From positions 1 through 31,155 of the IMG/VR virus record IMGVR_UViG_3300020440_000048: DNA of 31,155 nucleotides; one strand, 5' to 3'. Under the pieces are notes generated by a model, which worked only from the letters and a program-made list of their open reading frames with translations, was not told where the DNA came from and did not search any database. Position numbers and translations under genes: made by a program. Numbering within the stretch: position 1 is the stretch's first letter; every line of letters starts with the position of its first letter. This DNA comes from a virus (taxonomy: Duplodnaviria; Caudoviricetes). Positions 1 to 7,684 of this stretch are shown here, piece by piece.

Positions 1-30
1 AACTGAGTAGTAATTAATTAGGAGAGAAAT

Positions 31-513
31 ATGATAGATCCAGTTTCGGCGGTGGCGGTTGCAACAGGCGCCTTCAATGCAATTAAAGCTGGCTTTACGG
101 CAGGCCGTGACCTTGAAGGTATGGCAGGAGACTTGTCCAGATGGATGGGTGCAGTTTCCGATATTAAAAAAGCAGACGAATACAGCAAAAACCCCCCCTT
201 ATTTAAGAAAATATTTAATGCTGGTTCTGTAGAAGAAGAAGCAATGGCTGCCTTTATGGCCAAGAAAAAGGCAGAGGATATGAGGGCCGAATTAAAGAAT
301 ATAATTTCTTTTACAAGAGGGCCAGCTGCATGGGAAGAATTATTACGCACAGAAGGAGATATAAGGAAAAAACGGCAAGCCGCAATATATGCCCAAGAGG
401 AATATAGACGAAAAGTTATCGAATGGGCTGCGATAGGTCTTGCTACGATATCGATAGTAGGATTTATAGGTTTTATAATCTATCTTTATCTACAAACTAG
501 AGGATTTGTTTAG
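31..513 (+). CDS. hypothetical protein with C-terminal transmembrane helix
   Basis: 160-aa ORF, AGGAG RBS upstream, hydrophobic C-terminus. Confidence 0.8.
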   Translation: MIDPVSAVAVATGAFNAIKAGFTAGRDLEGMAGDLSRWMGAVSDIKKADEYSKNPPLFKKIFNAGSVEEEAMAAFMAKKKAEDMRAELKNIISFTRGPAAWEELLRTEGDIRKKRQAAIYAQEEYRRKVIEWAAIGLATISIVGFIGFIIYLYLQTRGFV

Positions 514-519
514 TAGTCG

Positions 520-753
520 ATGTTACACATTTTTCTTCTTACCGTTATGTTGGGTGATATCTCTATTTCGGAAGATATGCATTTTTTCGATATAACTCGC
601 TGTAATTATTTCGCATCACAGACAGTGAAAAGATATGGAAATTACAAATATTATTCTTCTGTTCCAATAGATAAAAGAGCTACTGCATACTGTACGCCAG
701 TTTTAGTTTCTAAGGCAGATATCAATAATGGGAAAGTATTAGTGTATCAATAG
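520..753 (+). CDS. small exported hypothetical protein (two Cys)
   Basis: 77-aa ORF, hydrophobic N-terminus, closely packed with the upstream gene. Confidence 0.7.
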   Translation: MLHIFLLTVMLGDISISEDMHFFDITRCNYFASQTVKRYGNYKYYSSVPIDKRATAYCTPVLVSKADINNGKVLVYQ

Positions 754-768
754 GAATACAATATGTCT

Positions 769-776
769 TATAAATA
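769..776 (+). promoter_or_regulatory. T4-type late promoter
   Basis: TATAAATA in an intergenic position. Confidence 0.6.
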
Positions 777-784
777 GATTAGAG

Positions 785-1015
785 GTGAAAAATATGCATA
801 TAGATATTATAAAAGAAAGATTGAACAATATTGAATATCGATTGGAGCAAATAGATAAAAAACTAGATGCTTTACTTAAGCAAGATAAACAAGAAACTTA
901 TGATAGGCAGAATGGGCTTGACAGGACTGCAAAAGTAGTGTATGATAATTCTAATTCAAAAACAAATTTCAAACCCCACGAACTTTTGACTAAAAATCCG
1001 TGGAATATGCCATGA
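785..1015 (+). CDS. hypothetical coiled-coil protein
   Basis: ORF with heptad-like N-terminus; start may be the ATG at 794 after GAGG. Confidence 0.7.
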   Translation: MKNMHIDIIKERLNNIEYRLEQIDKKLDALLKQDKQETYDRQNGLDRTAKVVYDNSNSKTNFKPHELLTKNPWNMP

Positions 1016-1218
1016 GTATAGATTTAGAATCAAGAGTTTCTTCAATAAAAGAAAGAATCAAAAAAGTTAAAGAAAGTAATCCAGAATTATATGTTAGAGA
1101 TTTTGTTACAAAACAAAAACAACTGACAGAATTAAATTGGGATGGAGATGAAGAATTTAGACAATCTTCTGATATGGACGAATTAAGACGTAAACTGAGA
1201 CCCCAAATGAAAGGATAG
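1012..1218 (+). CDS. hypothetical protein
   Basis: ATGA overlap with the upstream stop suggests the start is 1012. Confidence 0.65.
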   Translation: MSIDLESRVSSIKERIKKVKESNPELYVRDFVTKQKQLTELNWDGDEEFRQSSDMDELRRKLRPQMKG

Positions 1219-1221
1219 GTC

Positions 1222-1551
1222 ATGAAATTTTTGTTAGTAGTATTTTTTATAAACATGGGACAACCTATGTCAGAGTTCTATGTATTTACTGACCCAAAAT
1301 TCGAAACAAGAGAGGCTTGTGTTGCCTCTGCAACCAATCGACAAGAAATTCAAAAATATATGATGAAATTAATGCAAATATATGGGCCTGCACTAAAACC
1401 AATTCAATCAGTAAACTGTTTGCCAGAAAAAGTAGTACTAGATACTATAGAACAGATGAAAAAAGAAGGGTATATCACAGACGAACCAAAAAGGCCTGCC
1501 CCAAAACTAAATTATCCACCAACCAAATCGAAAGCGGGGATTAAAGTATGA
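1222..1551 (+). CDS. small exported hypothetical protein (two Cys)
   Basis: 109-aa ORF, signal-like N-terminus, F-x-T-x3-C motif. Confidence 0.7.
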   Translation: MKFLLVVFFINMGQPMSEFYVFTDPKFETREACVASATNRQEIQKYMMKLMQIYGPALKPIQSVNCLPEKVVLDTIEQMKKEGYITDEPKRPAPKLNYPPTKSKAGIKV

Positions 1552-1916
1552 CCACAAATGACCCTAGAGTACTGAGTAATTTAATTGCATTAGTTGAAAA
1601 ATGGCATCATGATAGAAATCTGATAGATGGTAGTACTGACAAAGACCAAGTACTCAAACTTCTAGAAGAGTTCTCAGAACTATCAAACAGTGTTTGTAAA
1701 GGTAAAGATATTCGTGACGATATCGGTGACATGTTGGTTGTGATGATAAACATCATGGCAAGACGTAAAATAAGTTTTGAAGAATGTCTTGCAACTGCAT
1801 ATGATGATATCAAAGACCGAAAGGGTAGGATGATAGATGGCATCTTTGTTAAAGATGCAGACCTAACCCAAGAACCCCCAGATGCACATGAAGAGTTTAT
1901 TGGAGCTGCTATATAA
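1548..1916 (+). CDS. MazG-like nucleotide pyrophosphohydrolase
   Basis: KLLEEFSEL ... DDIGD acidic motifs and AYDDIKDRKGRMIDGIFVK tail typical of phage MazG-like proteins. Confidence 0.85.
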   Translation: MTTNDPRVLSNLIALVEKWHHDRNLIDGSTDKDQVLKLLEEFSELSNSVCKGKDIRDDIGDMLVVMINIMARRKISFEECLATAYDDIKDRKGRMIDGIFVKDADLTQEPPDAHEEFIGAAI

Positions 1917-1921
1917 AAAAG

Positions 1922-1955
1922 GCTTGACTTTATAATCAATGTATGCGATCATGTA
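1922..1955 (+). promoter_or_regulatory. sigma70-like early promoter
   Basis: A-rich UP element + GCTTGACT; -10 degenerate. Confidence 0.5.
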
Positions 1956-1984
1956 TACCTAATCAATGAGAAAAGGACTATATT

Positions 1985-2251
1985 ATGAACGTATCGACAA
2001 TTAAGAACGCAATGTTGACCATGACTCAATCAGAATTGAGTGAAATCATCCATATTGCAACTCAAATCAAATCGATTTCTGCAACTGCAACATTTTCTGT
2101 TGGTCAAGAAGTAATGGTTGTTCAGAAAACGAAATCAACCCCAGCAACTATCATTAAGATGAACCCCAAAAAGGCAGTAGTCGAAATGAACTGGCAAGGC
2201 CGAGGTATCTCAAAGGTTACCGTACCATATTCTATGTTAGAAGCCGCATAA
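1985..2251 (+). CDS. hypothetical protein with SH3/KOW-like C-terminal beta domain
   Basis: AAGGA RBS; FSVGQEVMV...ATIIKMNPKKAVV pattern; ends in -AA. Confidence 0.75.
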   Translation: MNVSTIKNAMLTMTQSELSEIIHIATQIKSISATATFSVGQEVMVVQKTKSTPATIIKMNPKKAVVEMNWQGRGISKVTVPYSMLEAA

Positions 2252-2260
2252 AACTTCTAG

Positions 2261-2334
2261 AGTGTGGTGACAGATCGGTTATGTGGCGGATTGCAAATCC
2301 GTTTAAGTGGGTTCGATTCCCACCCACACTTCCA
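2261..2334 (+). tRNA. tRNA-Cys(GCA)
   Basis: acceptor AGTGTGG/CCACACT, anticodon arm GCGGA-TTGCAAA-TCCGT, GGTTCGATTCC T arm, U discriminator, encoded CCA. Confidence 0.95.
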
Positions 2335-2360
2335 AAAAGTTTCAAAAAAGTCAAAATAAA

Positions 2361-2391
2361 GCTTGACATTTAGTCAATAGTCTGTTATGAT
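2361..2391 (+). promoter_or_regulatory. sigma70-like early promoter
   Basis: TTGACA-17 bp-TATGAT with extended -10 TG. Confidence 0.8.
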
Positions 2392-2424
2392 CATCATACA
2401 CTAAAGACTTAAAGGAAAAAACTT

Positions 2425-2574
2425 ATGAACTCAATTAACTATCTTATGGAAGCGAAAGGAATGGATCGTGAAGACGCCGAAATCGTAGACTACCTTATGC
2501 AAAGTAAGGGCATGTCCTATGAAGAGGCACTTGAGACCTCTCTCATGTTGCTTCAAATTCAAAACCAAAGTTAA
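2425..2574 (+). CDS. 49-aa hypothetical protein with internal repeat (not in the ORF track)
   Basis: AAGGA RBS after a promoter; MNSINYLMEAKGMDREDAEIVDYLMQSKGMSYEEALETSLMLLQIQNQS. Confidence 0.7.
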   Translation: MNSINYLMEAKGMDREDAEIVDYLMQSKGMSYEEALETSLMLLQIQNQS

Positions 2575-2604
2575 ACTTTTTACAGTAAAAAGTTTTCAGA
2601 AAAT

Positions 2605-2637
2605 GCTTGACATTAGTATAATACTTGTATATTATAA
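2605..2637 (+). promoter_or_regulatory. sigma70-like early promoter
   Basis: GCTTGACA followed by TGTATTATAAT. Confidence 0.75.
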
Positions 2638-2668
2638 TAGTGTAGGTAACAAAAAAGAAAGAAATCAA

Positions 2669-2875
2669 ATGACAACATTTTTCTCAACTTCAATGAATCA
2701 TTTATCAACTACAGCTAGTGGTGATAAATTTTTAGTGAGTTCTACGTTTGCTGGTTCTTCTGCTAATACTGAGGCAGAATCAGTTGCAAATGCGATTGCA
2801 GCTTATGAGAAAGCTGGTCTCACTGCTGATGAATTGATGTCCATTGAAACAGTTGAATTAGAAGATTTTGAATAA
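2669..2875 (+). CDS. hypothetical protein
   Basis: start reassigned to the ATG at 2669 (MTTFFST...), downstream of the 2605 promoter. Confidence 0.65.
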   Translation: MTTFFSTSMNHLSTTASGDKFLVSSTFAGSSANTEAESVANAIAAYEKAGLTADELMSIETVELEDFE

Positions 2876-2889
2876 TAATTGAAAAAAGT

Positions 2890-2920
2890 GCTTGACATCA
2901 GGCACTTTTTTTGTTATAGT
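2890..2920 (+). promoter_or_regulatory. sigma70-like early promoter embedded in a terminator-like inverted repeat
   Basis: TTGACA-17 bp-TATAGT with TG; inverted repeat AAAAAAGTGCTTGA/TCAGGCACTTTTTT. Confidence 0.75.
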
Positions 2921-2954
2921 GATCATATAAGTTAATGAAGTGAGGTTCTAAATT

Positions 2955-3350
2955 ATGGCATATATTGGACAAAAAGAGAAGAAGGAGTTAGCTCCTGCTA
3001 TCAAAAACGTCTTAAAAACTTACGGTATGAAAGGTTCTATCGGAATCGACAATCATTCATCTTTGGTTGTTAACGTCAAAGAGGGTGTTTTAGATTTTAC
3101 TGATCATTTCACTCATGGTGATGGTTATATCCAAGTCAACACCTATCATATTGACAATTGGTATTCTGGGACTATCAAAAACTTTTTGAATGACCTAGTA
3201 AAAGCAATGAAAGGTGCAAATTGGTACAACAATACTGATGCGATGATTGATTACTTTGACATTGCATACTATGTTGATATCAATATTGGAAAATGGAACA
3301 AACCCTATGTCCAAACAATGCAAAACCCTCATGTAAAGGTGGCCGCATAA
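2955..3350 (+). CDS. conserved phage hypothetical protein
   Basis: GAGG RBS; WYNNTDAMIDYFDIAYYVDINIGKWNKPY motif seen in phage early proteins; ends in -VAA. Confidence 0.8.
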   Translation: MAYIGQKEKKELAPAIKNVLKTYGMKGSIGIDNHSSLVVNVKEGVLDFTDHFTHGDGYIQVNTYHIDNWYSGTIKNFLNDLVKAMKGANWYNNTDAMIDYFDIAYYVDINIGKWNKPYVQTMQNPHVKVAA

Positions 3351-3712
3351 TGACACAAGTAGCAGTTATTCACACGGCATTTGAAGATAGTCCACGAACA
3401 GTTGCTTTAGTAGACGTTAATGAAGATATGTCAACTGAACAAAAATTGGAATATGCATATCGCTGGACTAATAATGTGATGGGTTCGTGGTCAATTAAAG
3501 AAAAATTCTTAAAAATCCGTGGAGACTTGATTGAGAATGGTGACTACAATGAAAGTGTCACAGTTATGACGGAATTGGAAAATGGTTTAGGTGTACGCTC
3601 GACATCGATGGGTGACCAGATGTTGTTAGGTACTACAAAATATAAAGTTGATATGGTTGGTTTCAAACCAATCGATGAGGAAGAGGATTTTGAATATCCT
3701 TGCCCTACTTAG
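3350..3712 (+). CDS. hypothetical protein
   Basis: TAATG coupling gives start 3350 (MTQVAV...); RSTSMGD motif. Confidence 0.75.
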   Translation: MTQVAVIHTAFEDSPRTVALVDVNEDMSTEQKLEYAYRWTNNVMGSWSIKEKFLKIRGDLIENGDYNESVTVMTELENGLGVRSTSMGDQMLLGTTKYKVDMVGFKPIDEEEDFEYPCPT

Positions 3713-3722
3713 AAGGAGAAAA

Positions 3723-3884
3723 ATGTTCGAAGTTTTTAATGCAAAACATGGTTATACTCATAGTGTTGGCCATACAACATTGGATGCAGCTATAAAGTCT
3801 GCTCTAAAGTCTGGTTTTGCATGTTCGATATTTAAGAGTGATGATCCATTTACGATAGTTAAATGGGTTTTCCCAAACAGTTAA
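3723..3884 (+). CDS. hypothetical protein
   Basis: AGGAG RBS before the ATG at 3723 (MFEVFN...). Confidence 0.65.
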   Translation: MFEVFNAKHGYTHSVGHTTLDAAIKSALKSGFACSIFKSDDPFTIVKWVFPNS

Positions 3885-3907
3885 AAATCTAGAAGTGACG
3901 GCTTCTA

Positions 3908-4066
3908 GATGTGGTGGCTGAAGAAGAGTTAAACGATGACTCTAAGGCATACACGAAGAAGGTTAGCGCCTTGTCTTAGCGGATGCAGTGTAGTTGGAAA
4001 GCGAGTATAGAATGGTAATCGTTCTGTGTGAGTACATGTAGGTAAACCCCAATCCTACCCACAACC
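3908..4066 (+). ncRNA. candidate tRNA-like structured RNA
   Basis: acceptor-like GATGTGG/CCACAAC, class II-type D arm TGGCTGAA...TAAGGC, T-stem-like GTAGG/CCTAC, extra hairpins. Confidence 0.55.
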
Positions 4067-4074
4067 TTAAATTT

Positions 4075-4151
4075 CGGGATATAGCGCAGTCTGGTAGCGC
4101 ATCTGCTTTGGGAGCAGAGGGTCGTTGGTTCGAATCCAGCTATCCCGACCA
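4075..4151 (+). tRNA. tRNA-Pro(TGG)
   Basis: CGGGATA/TATCCCG acceptor, TCTGC-TTTGGGA-GCAGA anticodon arm, GGTTCGAATCC, CCA. Confidence 0.97.
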
Positions 4152-4196
4152 GAATTGAGAATTTTTAAACATCTAAATAGATGATGGAGTTAAAAA

Positions 4197-4556
4197 ATGC
4201 CAAAACTTGCGAAGATGGAAGATACAGAACCATTCTCTATTGAATTTGGTACAGTTAATTATTATTCGAAACCAACTTACAAGGGATTGTGGATTGGTCA
4301 ACAAATAGTACTACAGTTTGGTGAATATGGTTATCAGTGTTCTGTTATAAATGATGGATACGGCGGTCAAAAAGGATTATTTGAAATTGGTGTTTTTGTA
4401 TATGATGAAGAGTCTTCAAAGTTTGACATGGCATCATTGCCTGGAGTTACACATGAAGATGATTCAGTTAGAGGATATTTGACAGAAGAAGAGATGACTT
4501 CTTTGTTGAAGAAAGTTTTTATTCTGAGTGGTGAAACTCCAATACAAATAAACTAA
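4197..4556 (+). CDS. conserved phage hypothetical protein
   Basis: GGAG RBS; YQCSVI..GYGGQKGLFEIGV and DDSVRGYLT motifs. Confidence 0.8.
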   Translation: MPKLAKMEDTEPFSIEFGTVNYYSKPTYKGLWIGQQIVLQFGEYGYQCSVINDGYGGQKGLFEIGVFVYDEESSKFDMASLPGVTHEDDSVRGYLTEEEMTSLLKKVFILSGETPIQIN

Positions 4557-4573
4557 AAAGAAAGGATGCCGTC

Positions 4574-4873
4574 ATGGATAAGGATGACACAAATAATGAT
4601 CCTTGTGATGATGTATCTGGTAAAGAAATGAGTGGATGGTTATCAAGTAACCCTACAGTTGTTCCGAAGTTAAAAGTACATGACAAATGTGGTACACCAG
4701 ATTGTTGTGGAGAATGTGAAACAGCTGATATATCTACAGTAAATGGATACCCAGATGTTCACAAAAACGAGTCGAGGGAAGGTTATTACGATTATATGCT
4801 AAGACGATATCGGGAAGAAAACGAAAAAGATGATATCGCAAAGGTGAAAACTGCCCTTAGCTCAACTGGATAG
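4574..4873 (+). CDS. hypothetical protein with HxxCGTPDCCGEC motif
   Basis: AAGGA RBS; Cys cluster; 3' end overlaps tRNA-Arg. Confidence 0.7.
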   Translation: MDKDDTNNDPCDDVSGKEMSGWLSSNPTVVPKLKVHDKCGTPDCCGECETADISTVNGYPDVHKNESREGYYDYMLRRYREENEKDDIAKVKTALSSTG

Positions 4874-4927
4874 AGCAACAGCCTTCTAAGCTGTAGGTTA
4901 CAGGTTCGACTCCTGTAGGGCAGGCCA
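4851..4927 (+). tRNA. tRNA-Arg(TCT)
   Basis: CTGCCCT/AGGGCAG acceptor, ACAGC-CTTCTAA-GCTGT anticodon arm, GGTTCGACTCC, CCA. Confidence 0.96.
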
Positions 4928-4944
4928 ATTTAGAGAGGAAGAAA

Positions 4945-5214
4945 ATGGACGTTAATAATCACATAATGCCTAATCCTATGATGTTGCATTACATAGACCA
5001 ACAACGAAGTAAAGCGTTGCAAGTTAAAGAACAACAAATGGTTCATCAAATGGAGAAACAAAATCAATTGAAACGACAATTCAAGTCGTGGCAAGAAAGA
5101 GTTGAGGAGTTGCAACATTATCTGCGTCAATTAGCGGTTGTAGAATATAATCGTGATGGTAGTAGAAAACTTCGTGAAATAGAACAAGGACAACTATTGG
5201 ACATTAAAGCATGA
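4945..5214 (+). CDS. hypothetical Gln-rich coiled-coil protein
   Basis: GAGG RBS, 89 aa. Confidence 0.7.
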   Translation: MDVNNHIMPNPMMLHYIDQQRSKALQVKEQQMVHQMEKQNQLKRQFKSWQERVEELQHYLRQLAVVEYNRDGSRKLREIEQGQLLDIKA

Positions 5215-5486
5215 AAACCTATATACATGTCAATCAACATGTTATTCGTGCAAATAAGAAACACGGCAAGGATGACCCTTGTATTACAGTAAAACGTGGA
5301 AAGACTAATACATATTGCCATGAAGTCGAAGTTCATGGGCCTTCGAAAGTAAGATATGATGGTGGAGAAAAACCAATTCTCTCTTGTGGTGCAAGAGTTG
5401 TTATAGAGACAAATTCTGATGTCGTGTGTATGACAAGGGATGTAGAGAAGGATGTCGAAATACATATACAAAACAGCACAACTTGA
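5211..5486 (+). CDS. conserved phage hypothetical protein
   Basis: IHVNQHVIRANKK...LSCGARVVIET motif; ATGA overlap. Confidence 0.8.
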   Translation: MKTYIHVNQHVIRANKKHGKDDPCITVKRGKTNTYCHEVEVHGPSKVRYDGGEKPILSCGARVVIETNSDVVCMTRDVEKDVEIHIQNSTT

Positions 5487-5676
5487 GAATAATGGAAGAT
5501 CTTCAACAGTCATAAAAGATGAAAGACTGTTATTTCAAGGTGATTCTTATGTCGCCATAATGATATTTATAAACGCATGTAACAATGCACCAGAAGTGAT
5601 AAAATGGTTTAAACCACAACTGGAACAACGTGAACATGCAAAGCACATGATAGAAAAGGCAAATGAGAGAAGATAA
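5452..5676 (+). CDS. hypothetical protein
   Basis: 74-aa ORF within an operon. Confidence 0.6.
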   Translation: MSKYIYKTAQLENNGRSSTVIKDERLLFQGDSYVAIMIFINACNNAPEVIKWFKPQLEQREHAKHMIEKANERR

Positions 5677-5679
5677 ATT

Positions 5680-6693
5680 ATGTTAATTTATGACGATACA
5701 AAATTAGATTACAATGATGTTCTTATCAGACCTAAAAGGTCAACTCTTACATCTCGTTTCGATGTAGACATGGATAGAACATATACTTTTTATCACAGTA
5801 AAAAAGAATGGACAGGAGTTCCAATCATGGCCAGTAATATGGATACGGTTGGAACTTTTGCTATGCACGATGCATTGTCCGAATTTGGAATGATAACATG
5901 TATTGCAAAACATAATAACTCAGACATCGATTTATGGGACAATATTACTTTAAAAAGAAATCGACTTTGTGCTATGGGTGGTATATCAGATTTTGATATT
6001 GACAATTTAGTACAATTAGATGATATTATTGAACCAGAGTTTCTTGGACTTGATGTTGCGAATGGTTATACAATCAGTTTTGTAGATGGTTTAAAGAGAT
6101 TAAGAGATAGATGTCCAAATGCAACAATTATTGCTGGTAATGTTGTAACTGCTGATATGACTTCTGAATTAATCCTTGCTGGTGCTGATATTGTAAAAGT
6201 AGGTGTTGGGCCTGGGTCTGTATGTACAACAAGAATTAAAACTGGAATTGGTTATCCACAATTGAGTGCTGTTATAGAATGTGCTGATGCAGCTCATGGG
6301 TTGGGTGGTCATATTATTGCAGATGGTGGATGTAATTCTTCTGGAGATATTGTAAAAGCTTTTGCTGGTGGTGCAGATTTCGTAATGATTGGTGGTATGT
6401 TATCTGGTCATGACCAGTGTGATGGTCAAATAGTAAATGGTAAGATGAAATTCTATGGAATGGCATCAGACTCTGCAATGGATAGACATCATGTTCCTCA
6501 TAGAGAATATCGTGGTGTTGAAGGAAAAACTGTAGAGGTAGAATATAAAGGGCCTGTTGAGAGTACTTTGATAGATGTCATGAGCGGGATTAGGTCTGCT
6601 TGTACCTATGTTGGTGCAAATAAATTAAAGTCTCTATCAAAATGCACTAGTTTTGTTCGTGTAAATAATACACACAATAAAATTTACGAATAA
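5680..6693 (+). CDS. guaC: GMP reductase
   Basis: DVLIRPKRSTL, PIMASNMDTVG, LDVANGY, KVGVGPGSVCTTR catalytic loop, IIADGG; no CBS domains. Confidence 0.93.
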   Translation: MLIYDDTKLDYNDVLIRPKRSTLTSRFDVDMDRTYTFYHSKKEWTGVPIMASNMDTVGTFAMHDALSEFGMITCIAKHNNSDIDLWDNITLKRNRLCAMGGISDFDIDNLVQLDDIIEPEFLGLDVANGYTISFVDGLKRLRDRCPNATIIAGNVVTADMTSELILAGADIVKVGVGPGSVCTTRIKTGIGYPQLSAVIECADAAHGLGGHIIADGGCNSSGDIVKAFAGGADFVMIGGMLSGHDQCDGQIVNGKMKFYGMASDSAMDRHHVPHREYRGVEGKTVEVEYKGPVESTLIDVMSGIRSACTYVGANKLKSLSKCTSFVRVNNTHNKIYE

Positions 6694-6701
6694 GGATAAC
6701 A

Positions 6702-6914
6702 ATGAGTTGGAAAAATTACGCAAAATGGTATAAGCAGAAGGATGCATGGCAACGAGCTCCAATGAAAGATAAAGATGCTGACCCAGATGATATAAACATC
6801 GATAACGCATATAAAACACGATGGATTTGGTATCACACTATTTTGGGAATACAATTGTTTATAATCATAATATTGCATATAGCAACATTTACTCTATTGG
6901 CAATAAAGTTATGA
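6702..6914 (+). CDS. small membrane protein
   Basis: AAGGA RBS, C-terminal hydrophobic helix. Confidence 0.7.
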   Translation: MSWKNYAKWYKQKDAWQRAPMKDKDADPDDINIDNAYKTRWIWYHTILGIQLFIIIILHIATFTLLAIKL

Positions 6915-6981
6915 TGATGGAATGTTTCATAATAGGTTGTTTTTTCTTCATAGGGGGATATTTGGTAGGGAGTTTAAGTAA

Positions 6982-7164
6982 ATGAGTAGAAGTAAATTAT
7001 TAAATCATGTAAAAGCACTTCAAGAAGAAGTTGGGATATTAACAAATAAACTACAAAACCAACATATAGAAGTAGAATGCTTCTATCTTGATTCTGCAAT
7101 AAGAGTTTTGAACGAAAGAATTATAGAGTGTCAAAAAGAATTAGAAGCTTCTATCCCCCAGTAA
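6982..7164 (+). CDS. hypothetical coiled-coil protein
   Basis: GGAG RBS, 60 aa. Confidence 0.6.
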   Translation: MSRSKLLNHVKALQEEVGILTNKLQNQHIEVECFYLDSAIRVLNERIIECQKELEASIPQ

Positions 7165-7289
7165 CATATCCATCATGTGTTGGATTGTGTGGAGTCAAAG
7201 TTGGGTGGAGATGGAAGAATTACGAGATTTGGAACGATAGGACTCATAGGATTGTTCCAATGTGGGCAAGATACTTGCCAATAAAATGG

Positions 7290-7318
7290 TTGACTTTTAG
7301 CGAAAAAGGAGTTAAACT
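7290..7318 (+). promoter_or_regulatory. sigma70-like promoter of the tmRNA precursor
   Basis: TTGACT-17 bp-TAAACT just upstream of the acceptor piece. Confidence 0.7.
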
Positions 7319-7324
7319 AAATAT

Positions 7325-7388
7325 GAGTGTTCGGTGAAGCAATCTGAACTTAAACTGGACTTGGGTGCAATTCCCAACTCCTCCACCA
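7325..7388 (+). ncRNA. ssrA: permuted tmRNA, acceptor piece (5' end approximate)
   Basis: GGAC + T arm TTGGG-TGCAATT-CCCAA + CTCCTCC-A-CCA. Confidence 0.9.
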
Positions 7389-7401
7389 TAAGGACACTAT
7401 A

Positions 7402-7674
7402 ATGGAACACAACGAAGAACACGGCGACATCATAGAAATGTCTCAGACTATAGGAGACAATTTTTCTGGTACAAAAGAAATTAATATTGGGGGTAACGGC
7501 CCAGAAGGAGATGTTCAAGCAACTTTAGAGTTTGTAGAACATATCTATAATTATCTTCCAGAACTTGGTTTTGCCACAATATATGGTCTTATCGTATATG
7601 CAGCTGTTCTTTGGATTAGTAGAACCATAAACAATAAATCTTGTAACTGTAAAGATTGTGATTGTTGTGAATAG
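7402..7674 (+). CDS. membrane protein encoded inside the tmRNA intervening segment
   Basis: AAGGA RBS right after the CCA; 90 aa; acidic N-terminus, one TM helix, CNCKDCDCCE tail. Confidence 0.75.
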   Translation: MEHNEEHGDIIEMSQTIGDNFSGTKEINIGGNGPEGDVQATLEFVEHIYNYLPELGFATIYGLIVYAAVLWISRTINNKSCNCKDCDCCE

Positions 7675-7684
7675 TGTTTTTATG

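Noticed and set aside
2519-2668. N-terminal extension of ORF 2519-2875
   Set aside because: Runs through the preceding small gene and a promoter; the ATG at 2669 is more plausible
3955-4025. Group I intron interrupting a tRNA anticodon
   Set aside because: Insert is only about 70 nt, lacks the catalytic core, and the T loop is non-canonical
7128-7337. 69-aa plus-strand ORF
   Set aside because: Weak GTG start, overlaps the upstream gene and the tmRNA promoter and 5' end; cannot be supported or excluded
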